Shown piece by piece: positions 47,701-59,330 of a DNA stretch of 64,000 nt (position 1 is the first letter of the stretch; each line of letters starts with the position of its first letter). The position numbers and the translations under genes were made by a program. Source of the stretch: Magallana gigas (taxonomy: Eukaryota); NCBI RefSeq assembly GCF_963853765.1, contig NC_088859.1, positions 18,538,001-18,602,000 on the forward strand, written 5' to 3'. Below the pieces are notes generated by a model that saw only the letters and a program-made list of their open reading frames with translations, searched no databases and was not told where the DNA came from.

Positions 47701-48312
47701 TCCAAAATGTAGAATTTGTGTGAGGAGGACGATAAAGACAACATAAAAAGTATCTACAGGTAGGTTCTTCAATTTCTAGCCAAATACATTCGACATTGTT
47801 TGGATCAAGGTCTACGCGTCTACGAGCACGAACGGCATTCGATAAGTAAATCATTACACCCCCGCCAAAAGAATTTCTATCTTTACGGTAAATGGAAATA
47901 AAACCATCAAGTTCCAATTCTTCGTCCAAAATGCTGTCATCTAGATGAGTTTCAGTGAAGCATGCAATGTCAAAATCGCGCAAAAAGGTGTTTAAAAATC
48001 AAGTTTGTGTCGTATGCTTCTTATATTCAGGTGAATAATGTCAAGTACATGTTCATATACAGGACCTGGGTTCAATTCAACATCTCCTGACAATAGTAAA
48101 ATGAAACAGTAAAATTGGATGAAAAAATTAAGATCCAATGAGAAAAAAGCTAATAAGCGAACAAATTTTAAAGCACAGTTGCTTAAATATCTCAACAGGT
48201 TTTTCAATATGACATCATATTGAAGAATAAATGTAGAAGATTTGCTTAAGTATCTTCCAACGTAGTAGAACTTCCCTATTGCAGCACGATATTGAGTGAG
48301 AGTATCACCCAT
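44755..48312 (-). mobile_element. Near full-length ORF2 of a CR1/L2-clade LINE, decayed
   Basis: Leader ending LLLSGDVELNPGP, APE domain (HLNIRS, FTETHL, YRKDR, GDVN, SDH), RT (KAIGPD, NYRPVSLLS, QAGF, GSVLGPLLF), C-terminal zinc-finger-like region (ESPEDAYHFFFKC), and a 3' UTR ending AATAAAATATGTTCAAATC. Confidence 0.93.
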
Positions 48313-49149
48313 TATCTAATAGTTCAAAATCTAGGTAGGTAACAAAAGCAATCATAAAAGTGCTGCATATAGGATACTTATTTATATAATGGTATTTTGA
48401 TGGATAAATAACAGTCATAAGTTGTCATATGTTCATCAAATAAGTAAAAGGAAAAAATAAAAAGGTTCAAGAAATAGGGAAAAAAAAGTGTAGAAAAAAA
48501 GAAAAAGAAATGGGAGGCGTCCAATGATATGACTTGTCTTTATATACATAACAGAGAAAAAGTTTGGATCCGCCTCTGGCAAAATAATAAAACAAAAGCA
48601 AAGTGTGTTTCAAGATTATGTTGCGTATAAACACATAAAAAAACTGTACAGTGACTATTGGTGCAACTTACTTCCGATTTGCATAAAACAAAGGGAGCAC
48701 CAATTAAGGTAATGGAGTAGCCCAATAATTCAAACACATATTTACATGTGTGGGCATACTTAGTCATACATGTATTGTAGGCTAGACAAAATCCTACAAA
48801 TAAGACTGTCTGCTTTATACCATTCAATGGATGAAACATGGGACGTTTGCACTTATGATCAAAGGGTATGTTATGATATTGATCCAAGGTCAATTAGCCA
48901 GGTTCAAGGTCATTTTAATAAAAATGGCATTATTCCTGTCATGTTCATATCTTTTTATTGTAAACGATAAGAACATAAAACTTGATACAAAGGATGACTG
49001 TGATCTAGAAATGTGGAAATATGTCCCGGATTACATTGAGTTAAGTTGTTTGTGAAATTTCAAGGTCTTTGAAAGACAAATTGCGCATTCATTACTTTCC
49101 AATAGAAAAAATACTAGAATATAAAATTATATTCCTTAGAGGGAGTATC

Positions 49150-49760
49150 TTTTTTTTTAGCTTTTAGCTTTCACAGTTCCTATAGTTAACTTCTTAAAAA
49201 CTACAAGACCAATTGTAACCATTTCTGTCCTCATGTGCAGGGCAAAATACGGAAAGGTCATGCAATTTTCAAAATCTTATGAACTTCCACACGTGTAAAA
49301 AAAATATCTAAATGCATGGTTATGTTGTCCAAGAAACCCGCTACTTAAATTGTGAAATTCATGGCCCCTAGGTCAGGGGTCAGGCCCTTGGGTGGGGCTA
49401 ATATAGCCATATAATGAAAATTTATTAAATCTAAGAATCATCTTCCCTACTAGCAAAAATTGAGAAATAATAAATGGATTGTTATGATGTCAATGAAGCC
49501 CTCCACCAAAATTGGGCCTCTAGATCAGCTATTAGAGCCTTAGGGCTGGGCCAATATGGCCACAGTGAAAATGAAAATAAATATTAAATCTTAGAAAATG
49601 ATGTCAATGAAGCCCTCAGCCTAAACTGTGAAATTCATAGTCCTTAAGAAAGGAGTTCAGGCTTAAGACAGGGCCAAAATATTGAAAATGTATTTAATAT
49701 ATTTGAAAGTGAAAATGTATTGAATCTTATAATCTTTATTCCAACGTATATTTTAGAAAA
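49150..49760 (+). repeat. ~165-bp satellite-like units of the Helitron-N/Cg170 type
   Basis: Recurring TGTGAAATTCATGGCCCC..GGTCAGGGGT..GGCC..GGGTGGGGCCAATATGGCCATATAGTGAAAATG-type blocks. The array resumes at 51610. Confidence 0.75.
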
Positions 49761-49767
49761 AGGTATT

Positions 49768-51605
49768 GGGTTCGGTCGTCCTATCTACCTGTTCGCCTGA
49801 GTTCGTTCGTTCTAATTATTGTTCGCCCTAATAATCGTTCGCCCTAAACCACGGTCGTCCCTTATTCGTTAATAAACCACATCATAAGTTATTTCATTTA
49901 CTTTTAACTTGAAACTTGTTAACTTTTATTAATTATTCTTATATTCTATGTTTTTCCTTCATAAAAAAACAGAAATTGGTATAAATGGATTTGCATATGT
50001 TGCCTTTAAAATTTTTAAATTACTTCCTTTTGATGTATTTTGTTTGTTATATAACAAGTCAGGAAACACAAAATATGACATATCTTCATAGTTTTGCGTT
50101 TCTTGACGTTATTCTTATCATATCACTACAATTATTTTCAGTAATAACATTTCAGCAGTATAATGCTGCAAAACACCACAGAGAGGAAGTCCACTAGTTT
50201 TGCAGACCATGCGAGGATCGGTATTGGCCAGACCAACCTAGCTGATGCTGAGGAACATGATGCTGAGAAATCTGATGACCCAGCTGATGCTGCACCCGCC
50301 CCTGTTGCTGACCAACCTGATACTGACCCATTCGAGGGATCCTTTGATGTAGGTCATCGCTCTGCTTCCATACACCATAAACGTGTAGACACGTAAGTTA
50401 AAAATAACAAACTGTATTGTTGTAACTTTTCATATGTCTTAATTGTGTGTTTTTTTCAATGAATATAAATTTTTTATATCACTTAATTTAGAACAAGAGT
50501 TTAGAAAACAAATTTAAATGAGTTATAAAATATAGTTCTTAAAATAATTGTATTAACTTATATTTTTAGATCACTTAACGCAGATCCAGAGTTGCCAAAA
50601 GACATCATACTTGACGACGGTGTCATCCACTACAAGGTTCTAGAGAAGGGAAGCAAACGAGGAGGACGCTTGCTATTTATAAACCAAAATCAAAACTCAA
50701 TAACTTATTTATGAATTCAATTTAATTACTGATGTAAAATCTAGATTAAAAATATTTTCTATTTAAAGCAACAATATTGTACGATATTTTTATTTCAACA
50801 AAATATAAATTGCATTCTATAATAATTCATTTTTTTCAGAATGCTAACAAGTCATCCACTCTCTGGACCTGCAGCGTTCGATCGGCAAAACTGCGTTGCC
50901 ATGCAACAGTTAGCCTGAAATGGGGTCAGTTCGGGGCAGGAGTCCAGCCTCACTGCCATCCAGCTAACCCAAGACTTTCCGTCTACAAAGAGGTTGCTGC
51001 AGTGGTAAGTTTTCAATAATATGAAATGTTTATTATACATGTACTTAATATTTATTATAGCCATGTCTTCATTATGTTTATATGTCACTGGACACAGGCA
51101 GTTTGGAGGCATGTGCAGTCGTTAGGCTTGACCCGAGCATACAAGGAACAACAGGCAGTCCACAGCTACACCCGTGAGCTACTCTCCCTGCATTTCCTGC
51201 CAGCACAACACATTCCCGAGACATTCCACCATTTGAGAGGAAGAGCCAACACACCACAACTTCGAGACCTGATGGACTATATATGGACCGAAAGTGGTTT
51301 CACCATCGAGTCTTCAGGGTCCAGGACTGGTCAGTGTTTCGGCGGACAGTGCGCACCAACAACGATGTTGAAGGCATGTTAACATGTCAATTATCTTTTT
51401 TAAATGTTATAAATAAATGGATGTAATTTTGATGTAAATTAAACATCATTTTTGAAATTAAATAAATAATGAAATGAACTAATATACAATTATGAATAAT
51501 TCCTTTTTGCAGGCTGGCACAACCGACTGAACACATTGGCAAGGCATGGGTGTTTCCCTTTCTACAAGTTGGTGCTACAGCTGCGACAAGAAGCAGAGAT
51601 TGGTG
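49768..51605 (+). mobile_element. Intron-containing FLYWCH-MULE transposase remnant, DDE core deleted
   Basis: Left TIR with GTTCGCCCT repeats. Exons 50206-50392, 50570-~50674 (YKVLEKGSKRGGRLL), 50840-51004 (WTCSVRSAKLRCHATV...PHCHP), ~51085-51373 (CHWTQAVWR...RTNNDVE) and 51513-51605 (GWHNRLN). Splice phases match. Confidence 0.82.
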
Positions 51606-51609
51606 AAAA

Positions 51610-51930
51610 AATTAATGAATGGCTGTGATGTCCATGAAGTCCTTTACCAAAATTGTGAAATTTGTGGTCCCATGCTCAGGAGTTTATACCCTAGCCTAGG
51701 CTATTGTGGTCATATAGTGAAAATGTATAACTCTTATAACATCTCTGATAAATTGAATGTACGATTATGATGTGCATGAAGCCATCCAACAAATTTGTGA
51801 AATTCATGACTTCTGAATCAGAAGTTGGACGGGTTAAATATGTATTTATTCTTAAAAAATCGTCTTCTCTATATCCACAGCTGGGCGAAATATACTGAAT
51901 GGAGGGTTATGATTTCCATAAAGCCTCTAC
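51610..51930 (+). repeat. Continuation of the ~165-bp satellite-like array
   Basis: GATGTCCATGAAG..TACCAAAATTGTGAAATT.ATG units like those at 49150-49760. Confidence 0.7.
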
Positions 51931-54739
51931 CTACCCACACAGTAAAACAGTAAATAAGGCCACATCATGAAAACGTATCAAATATTATTATATTTTTTCC
52001 TGTACTTTCAAAGTTATGGGAAATGCATTGCTATTACATGTATATGTCAATAATTTCTTGAATTGTAAACAATTAAGCAGAGATTGAGGCTCTTTATTTG
52101 GCGTGTGTGTGACATTTGGACCAGATAGTGAACATTTTTTAAAAGATTACTTGAGAAACTTTGGTAACCAATTGCTGTTGGTCGTGCGTCGTTTGTGTAC
52201 AATTTTACATTTGTAACTTTATGTTGAAAACTACACGGAAAAATGTGACTAAGTCTTGGTCATATTAAATTAAATTTGTGTTCTATTTTAGGAAATCTAC
52301 TTTAATTTTCTGGGCATTGTTTGCTTGTAGCAATAAACTGTATGCATGTTGTGATTAATTATAAAAAGAAACTGTGGATATCATAAAAGATTAACAAAAC
52401 TCTCTATAGTTCATTCCTGTAGCTGTTATCTCGATTTTATTAACACACATGAAGTAAAATGATACGTTCAACGTCCGTTGGATGATACATTTGTAACCGT
52501 TCTTGGACGAATAAAACAAAACACCAAGACGATTGTAGGGTTCTATATTATATATTCTGAGCGTTACGTCGCATTAATCGTTTCACCCTAAAACAATACA
52601 TAAAACATATAAGCACACCACTATAACAACACAAACATTATAGACATCACAAACATGTATAACATACATTTACTTATAGGTCAATTATATCGCTTTACAT
52701 TTAATCGCAATACACGATAAATCTGAATTTTATGTTAAATAATATTTCCAACTCTTAGAAACATCACTCTAATATATAGATTATATGAAAACTATTTACA
52801 ATAATGAATTTCAACAGATAGTTACCAATTTATGGAACTAGGTGCACGACACTGCATATACGTAGTATCAATCAGCGGATCAGGCTCATTATATGACTTG
52901 ACCTATTTATAATTTATACAATATATATAAGATCTTGTCTACTATACAATTAAATATATAAGACATATACTGCTCACCGATATTTACATTATACTGTATT
53001 CAAAACATTCACTCTACACACTCATACTTATATATTAACTTTACTTATTTATTTTAATCTAGTTTAGAATTGTATTTAATTAAAGAATTATGTTTTAAAA
53101 GAATAACTTACAGGTCTGAGTCTGTATGCTTTGTCTCAGTCTGAAACACACCTGTCTGGCTAGAAGTCTTGGTTGCAATTAAAGAATTACAGAACCAGAA
53201 TACAAAAGAATATCTCCCGCCAAACTCTATCAGTAGTGACCAATACTGACCAATCACAAACCGTAAATATAAAAATACCTATCTTCAAATGGAATAATCC
53301 AAACCACTGAAATAAATAACCTAAACGGACTATACCATTATTTATAATAGGGGTGTTTAAGTTTACACACACTTGTTAGTATTAGTGCAGCGCAAAGAGT
53401 GAAAGATGGAAAAAAATGAATGAATACCGGTAACTAATACTAAAAATAAAACTAAGTCAGACTATCACACATTCAAAATTTGTTTTTAAACCAGTGATGA
53501 AACACTCATGTGCCCTATTTGTCGAGTTAAATCAAACCAAAATGACAGTGTTTTATTGCTTAAAATGATACATTTTTAATTGGAATAAGAAGTATTTGAT
53601 AAATAAACATACGACAAAATAATATTCAGATCAATCTTTTTTTTCAGATCGTACAATCAAAGATGCAGCACAGTGAATGACAAGGGAATTAAATACGTTT
53701 CATTGCTACATGTACTATTGTCATGAACAATTTAACATTTTTTTTTTGTGAAACAAACAACCATTTATGCAACAATCATGATAACTGTAAAATAAAACAC
53801 AAAGAAAGAGAGTTGTGCCCTTCATCTGGCAAACTCGGTTAAAGAACAAAAATCTTTCAAAATGTTTACCGGAAACCTACACCATAACTGTCACAGATGA
53901 TAACCGATTGAGTACATGTACCAAACTTGGATAGGACAAAGAAAAAGAAAGCAAACACACTTACGATCAAATTACACTGAACAAGACGATGAAAAGCAGT
54001 ATAAAAGCAAAAAACCTTTATCAGAATTGCTGAACAAAATGGAAATAAATGCAGACAAAGAAGATGACAATAACAGTGATAACGATGATGACTCTACCAG
54101 TGATTTAAAGTACTTGGTTACTATCCTTCAAGATGATATTGAGGAACTAAAAGAACATGATCAATTGGAAATATGTAAGAAGTGGTGCACACTCGTGAAC
54201 AGCAATAGCTTTCCATTAGGTAACTGCAGAACTGTAGCTCTCCGGGAAAAAATATTGACAGACCGGAGAGCTACAGGGCCACCCATTGAAAAAATTATAT
54301 ATTTATTGCGCAGAAAAACGTGCGCTAGTTTTCGACTAATTTACCTTATTTATACGCAAATTCTGTGAAAACAATTAGTACCATTAAATTCTTCATGCAA
54401 TTTACTACTGATATCGTCTCTTCACTTGCCTCGGATAGTCTTTTAAACACCATCACCAGTCCCATAAATTCATTTGGTGCACTTTGTTTACATGTAAAAA
54501 TGGCGACTCTCGATCTCGATGTAAATTCAACATACTTGATTTTCTGAGGTCGGTAGCGTGTTTCGGAGAAAGTCTGAGGCAAATAAAGAGGCGATATCAG
54601 TAGTAAATTGTAGGAAGAACTTTGCTTCTAAAAAACTGACTAAAACATAACGAGAAAAGTCCTTATCTTGCTAATGGGAATAACTTTAAACAAACATTTG
54701 TAAAAGAAAAATAGATATGAAAAGTGGTATACAACTGTT

Positions 54740-54951
54740 CTATGGAATCATTATAATTCGTGGTGCCTTAATTTTCCTGGTAATCCTGGGTAGCCCTCAC
54801 CAATGATTTACGTTCTCAACGAAATTGAATATAGTTATTTTTCTTAATGAAACTGAAAACCGACGCATCCACGAAATCACATCCCCGCAAATTAGTTTAA
54901 AAAAAACATAATCCGCAAAAATTGCCCCCACGAAATTAAATGATTCCATAA
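54740..54951. mobile_element. Family-1 MITE, full copy
   Basis: Colinear with 3094-3302, including GAAACTGAAAACC.AC.CATCCACGAAAT.ACATCCCC. Confidence 0.82.
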
Positions 54952-54961
54952 TATTTAATCA

Positions 54962-55032
54962 TCCGAGAACAATGATTTACTGGTTTTAGATAGAGGATTT
55001 AGGGATTCTCTGGATATTATCGAGTCTGCGTG
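54962..55032 (+). mobile_element. Short PIF/Harbinger-ISL2EU-type DDE transposase fragment
   Basis: SENNDLLVLDRGFRDSLDIIESA resembles the D(R/K)GF second-Asp motif of IS5-like transposases. Confidence 0.45.
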
Positions 55033-55036
55033 TTAA

Positions 55037-55525
55037 AGGTGCATAGTCACGATGATTTTGGTCAAAAATTATTTTTCCGATTTTAATGTTAACAATGCTA
55101 AAGTAAGGCAATTTTAATGTGCGACAAAAATGTGAGTGTCATTCGTTGAATTATAAGCGAGTTACACAGCTCACAGTTCTTTACTATGTAAATAATGCTT
55201 TCGTTTACATTTGAATGTTGAAGTGAAAAATCATCCAATTTTAGACATTAAATGAATGTGTTAAACGTATGAACTGCTTATGTATGCTTAAGATGATTAA
55301 GAAGATAGACAAATCATCTTGAAAGAGAGTTTTTACAGGTATATTGAACTTACGTAAACAAAAACAGGGCACGAGCCTTGTTTACATGACAAATAACTGT
55401 GAGCACTGTATCTTGCGTATAACTTAACGACTGAGTCTCAAATTTCATTTGATCATTAGAAATGCATTCTTAAAGCATTATTAATAATAAAAATAGAATT
55501 TGACCAAAATCGTGACCATGCCACT
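55037..55525. mobile_element. Kolobok-type non-autonomous element
   Basis: TTAA|AGGTGCATAGTCACGAT..TTTGGTCAAA ... TTTGACCAAAATCGTGACCATGCCACT|TTAA. Confidence 0.8.
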
Positions 55526-56689
55526 TTAAAATCTCTGACTCTTTTATATAGGAAGCAATATAAAACCAACAACATTCGTTTCGTTTTGTCCCGAAAATCG
55601 AAAATTTGAAAGGGACTTATTGACACATAGAAAGGGCAGAAAAAAGTGGACAGAGAAATGGTTCACACTACTTTGTAAGTGAGATTTACAATATTTATTG
55701 TTCGTGTCAGCTGTTATTTTTAGTGTTCATATATTGCATTACATTGTTAAAACATCACCTCAACCATATCCTGCTCCCTCTCTCTCCCAATAAGGAGAAG
55801 ATTATAAAGAGAATCTGCAATACATGGGGGTTTCACACCTCTATTTGGAAATAAACTACAATGAGACGGGTCTCCAAGTGAGACAGGCAATGTTAAGTAA
55901 ATTAAGAATCTTCAATTTTTTTTACAATTTTAAATCATCTTTCTTCTATCTTACTTTTTATATGCTAAAATGTGTTTAAAAATTTATTTATTTATTATCT
56001 TATATATGTTAATTGTTTTAAGCATTAAAAGAACTATCGATGATTGAATTTTCAAAGTATTAATCAGAACCCATTTCATTACATCTGGATAAAATTATAT
56101 CATAAGTCACGAATTCAGGAAATTTTTTTATGCAAAAACTAAAGTCTTCCGTGTATTGAAATAGATAATTGTCTACCCTTTTTATATTTGAATACTTCAT
56201 AAGCTGTCATTTATTATAACGTCTCATACAGTGTACGTCTTTTAAGACAGGATGGCAATATTTTATATTATATGCCATGAACAATTTTATTTATTTTATT
56301 TATTATTGACAAGTGGCATTTAATTAAACAATAACATGTTCTTACATGTACTTACTTCACTTATATATGTTCTTACTTTTCTTAATTATTGAGCAACAAC
56401 TTGTTATGAATCCTCTGATGTTTCAGTTCGTCAAAACTTAGTATTGTACATCAGTTACGTAACTAAGAGGAGTCTTTAGGTAGATTAGATGCTAAAACGT
56501 CCTTAATGGGTTAGGGAATCGGGCTTCTTTATTATCATAATAGATAAATCTTTTGATGTTTCAGTTCGCTAAATCTTAAGATTTACATTAGGAACTAAGA
56601 GGAATCTTTGGATGCTTAAACTTCCTTCATGGGATTAGGCAGTTAGCTTCAGCAAATTTAAAAAAGCATTAGGAAAGAGGTTTTACCAA

Positions 56690-57770
56690 GGGATTAAAGA
56701 CTTCAAACCTTGTACGCCTAACTACTAATGGGGCAAGTGTTATGACAGGTTGTGAGGCTGATGATGTAGCAGTTGAATGATCTCTCCCCCACTGCAAATC
56801 ATCTTGTGGAGTTTCAAAAAATTCTCAACTCTCTTCACAAGTATTTCTTATAACTCTGCTAAGAACATTGCCAGACGTGAGTCTATTCAATCTGTTCTAA
56901 AATCTAGTTCTTTCAAGATGAAGGAGGATTTTCACATTAGGTGGTTGAGTTTTGAAGGTGCTGTGGATGCTGTTATATATGAAGACATATACTCACTTCT
57001 ATCTATTTTCTTAGAGGAGGTCTGCTAAAGGCCCCAAACCCCCAAAACCTCTTTCTTGCTACAAGTTTCTCTAATGTGCCCATTTCTTGTCTGGTGTTCT
57101 TGAACAGCTATGTTTTCTTTGTAAACAGTATAAGGGATCTTACTGGGACTTCTCTGCCAACCCTCTCCTGTATTCCACAGTTTCAGTTCTAGAGAGTTTA
57201 AGGGATTCTAAAGATAACATTGTCTTGTCTTCTTTCCTTCAGCAATCTCCTTCTTCTCCATATGTAGACTCATCTGGACTCTGCACTTTCGACTTCAAAG
57301 CAGAGGGCTTAGGCTGCCTCAGAAGTTTGTTTCATGTGTGATTGATAACTTAAGGATATGTGTGTTAGTGAAGAGGTTGGTAAGGCAATCTCAGCTTTGT
57401 GTTGTATCTTTGACATTTCCTCTACAACACCTTTTCGGGAGAAGTTGACTACACTTACCGATTTCCTTCAAAAGTCGTTGGGTTTCATGAGTATGTTAGA
57501 CATGCAGGTAGTAATGCAGGTTTTACTTCAGTTAAGGATATAGCTCAGTTCAGTAGTAGGCATAGTTTTGTATATCCAGTGGTAGCATTCTTGGGTAGGA
57601 GACTGTTGGTACTTACAGTACCCACTGTTGATAGTGAGAAAGGCTTCTTCAGACAGAACCTGATCAAGACAGACGCGTAACTCTTAAAAGACAGAGTCCC
57701 TCTACAACATCATGATGATCTCAAAAGAAGAACCCACATATGAAGACAGGGAGGATATTGTGAAATTGTG
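56690..57770 (+). mobile_element. Decayed hAT-family transposase (ZNF862-like)
   Basis: LTTNGASVMTG, IRWLSFEGAVDAV, and dimerisation-domain-like VPTVDSEKGFFRQNLIKT. Many stops. Confidence 0.75.
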
Positions 57771-58041
57771 AACGATGAAATGTCATGAAAATATATGCAC
57801 TATATATTCTAGCAATTTATACACCTTACATGACCAGCCATACCTTAGGTTCTATTCTTAGTCTTTTTGTGAGACTGTCCCCTGCCACCTAAATTTTCGA
57901 GTCCTTTCATCCTAACTGAAACACTTTAAAATCAGAAATCTCATGTAATTCGGAGTAAAACTTTTCGAATTTGGCTTTATTTCATTTAAAAAATAAATAA
58001 AAGTTGTGATTGTTGAAAGATCACCCTCATTCCCCGACAAG

Positions 58042-58093
<52 letters not shown>
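58042..58093. repeat. (TATC)n microsatellite
   Basis: Directly visible. Confidence 0.97.
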
Positions 58094-58113
<20 letters not shown>

Positions 58114-58379
58114 CCGGCCATGTTATTCTGGTGACTGTCAAGGCCTTTAGGCCTCTTGGTGTAAGTTGGGCAATTTTTATATAATGTATGATAAAAAAAC
58201 TCAACATTAATTATGATTATTTATTGTGCTTTCTGAATAATTATCTTTTTGTAAGTAAACGTCATTTCATTACACAGAAAATGCCACGTAAAAGCAAAAA
58301 ATCCACTGATCGAAAGAAGAAGGAACAAAAGACTAGAATGAAAAAGAGACGAAGCCATGAGAAAGCTAATAGTAACTTC

Positions 58380-58631
58380 TAGAAACTGTCCAGTAGAGAG
58401 CAACGCCTCTAAAAACTGTCCTGAAGAAAACGATATCTCTATAAACTGTCCTGTAGAGAGCAACACCTTTATAAACTGTCCAAAAAAGCAACATCTCTAT
58501 AAACTGTCCAGAAGAGAGCAACACCTCTATAAACTGTCCTTAAGAGAGCAACACCTCTATAAACTGTTCTAAAGAGAGCAACAACACTAAAAACTGTCTA
58601 GAAGAGAGCAACACCTCTTCACAATGTCCTA
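58380..58631 (+). repeat. 30-bp coding minisatellite (about 8.5 units, NCPVESNTSI-like)
   Basis: TATAAACTGTCCAGAAGAGAGCAACACCTC units inside the Helitron N-terminus. Confidence 0.92.
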
Positions 58632-59119
58632 ATATTATTGAAAAACAAAAGTATAGAAACAACAAAAACATGCAAATTGAATCGGAAAGATCAATTGGCA
58701 AAATTGTGTATAATTCAAACATATACCAATCATCTGCAAGGTCGACAGAAACGAAATGAGGAATCTAGGTGTTCAGGGTACTATTCACCAAAGAGATATA
58801 AGATTTTGATTAAAAAGTGGCAAACAATGCGTTACAAACAGTTTGTCAGCTATAGTACATAGCAAATTATAAAATGTTGATGAGTGGGATCAAACATTCC
58901 TATCAAAGGGAATGAAATTTACACTTTAATTCATGGATCCAATGACTTGTTGTTAATGTCCGATTTACCAGAAATTAAAGAATTATCTGGAAAATATTGA
59001 ACTAAGAAAAAAAGATTCAATCAAAGCGACTATAAATTCTGATGAAATCGTTGATTACACTGCTTTTGGCAATTATTTACCTCTTGATCTAGCAGTACAC
59101 GAATATCTGATTGGCGCAG

Positions 59120-59330
59120 ATTGTTGTTATCCCCTCGCGCAACTTGTTGCGAGGGGGGATAAAGCATCGCAGCTGTGCATGTGTGTGTATGTATGTGTGT
59201 GTGTGTGTCCATCGTGAGCTCTTTAGCACAATTTAAAGAAAACCCTCCCATGAATATTCATCAAACTTTGTACACTTCTTTGGCATGGTCAAAGGACAAA
59301 CCCTATTGATTTCCAAGCCAAATAATTCAA
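59120..59330 (+). mobile_element. HINE-type fragment nested in the Helitron
   Basis: Hairpin TTATCCCCTCGCGCAACTTGTTGCGAGGGGGGATAA, then a (GT)n/(GTAT) microsatellite, then an ATCAAACTTTGTACAC core. Confidence 0.7.

Noticed and set aside
48540-49055. ORFs upstream of the CR1-like ORF2 as a possible ORF1
   Set aside because: No recognisable ORF1 domain, and part of the region is Helitron-N-type repeat.
56418-56640. Two diverged ~137-bp direct repeats before the hAT remnant
   Set aside because: Only two degenerate copies; probably subterminal sequence of the hAT element, with nothing further to support.
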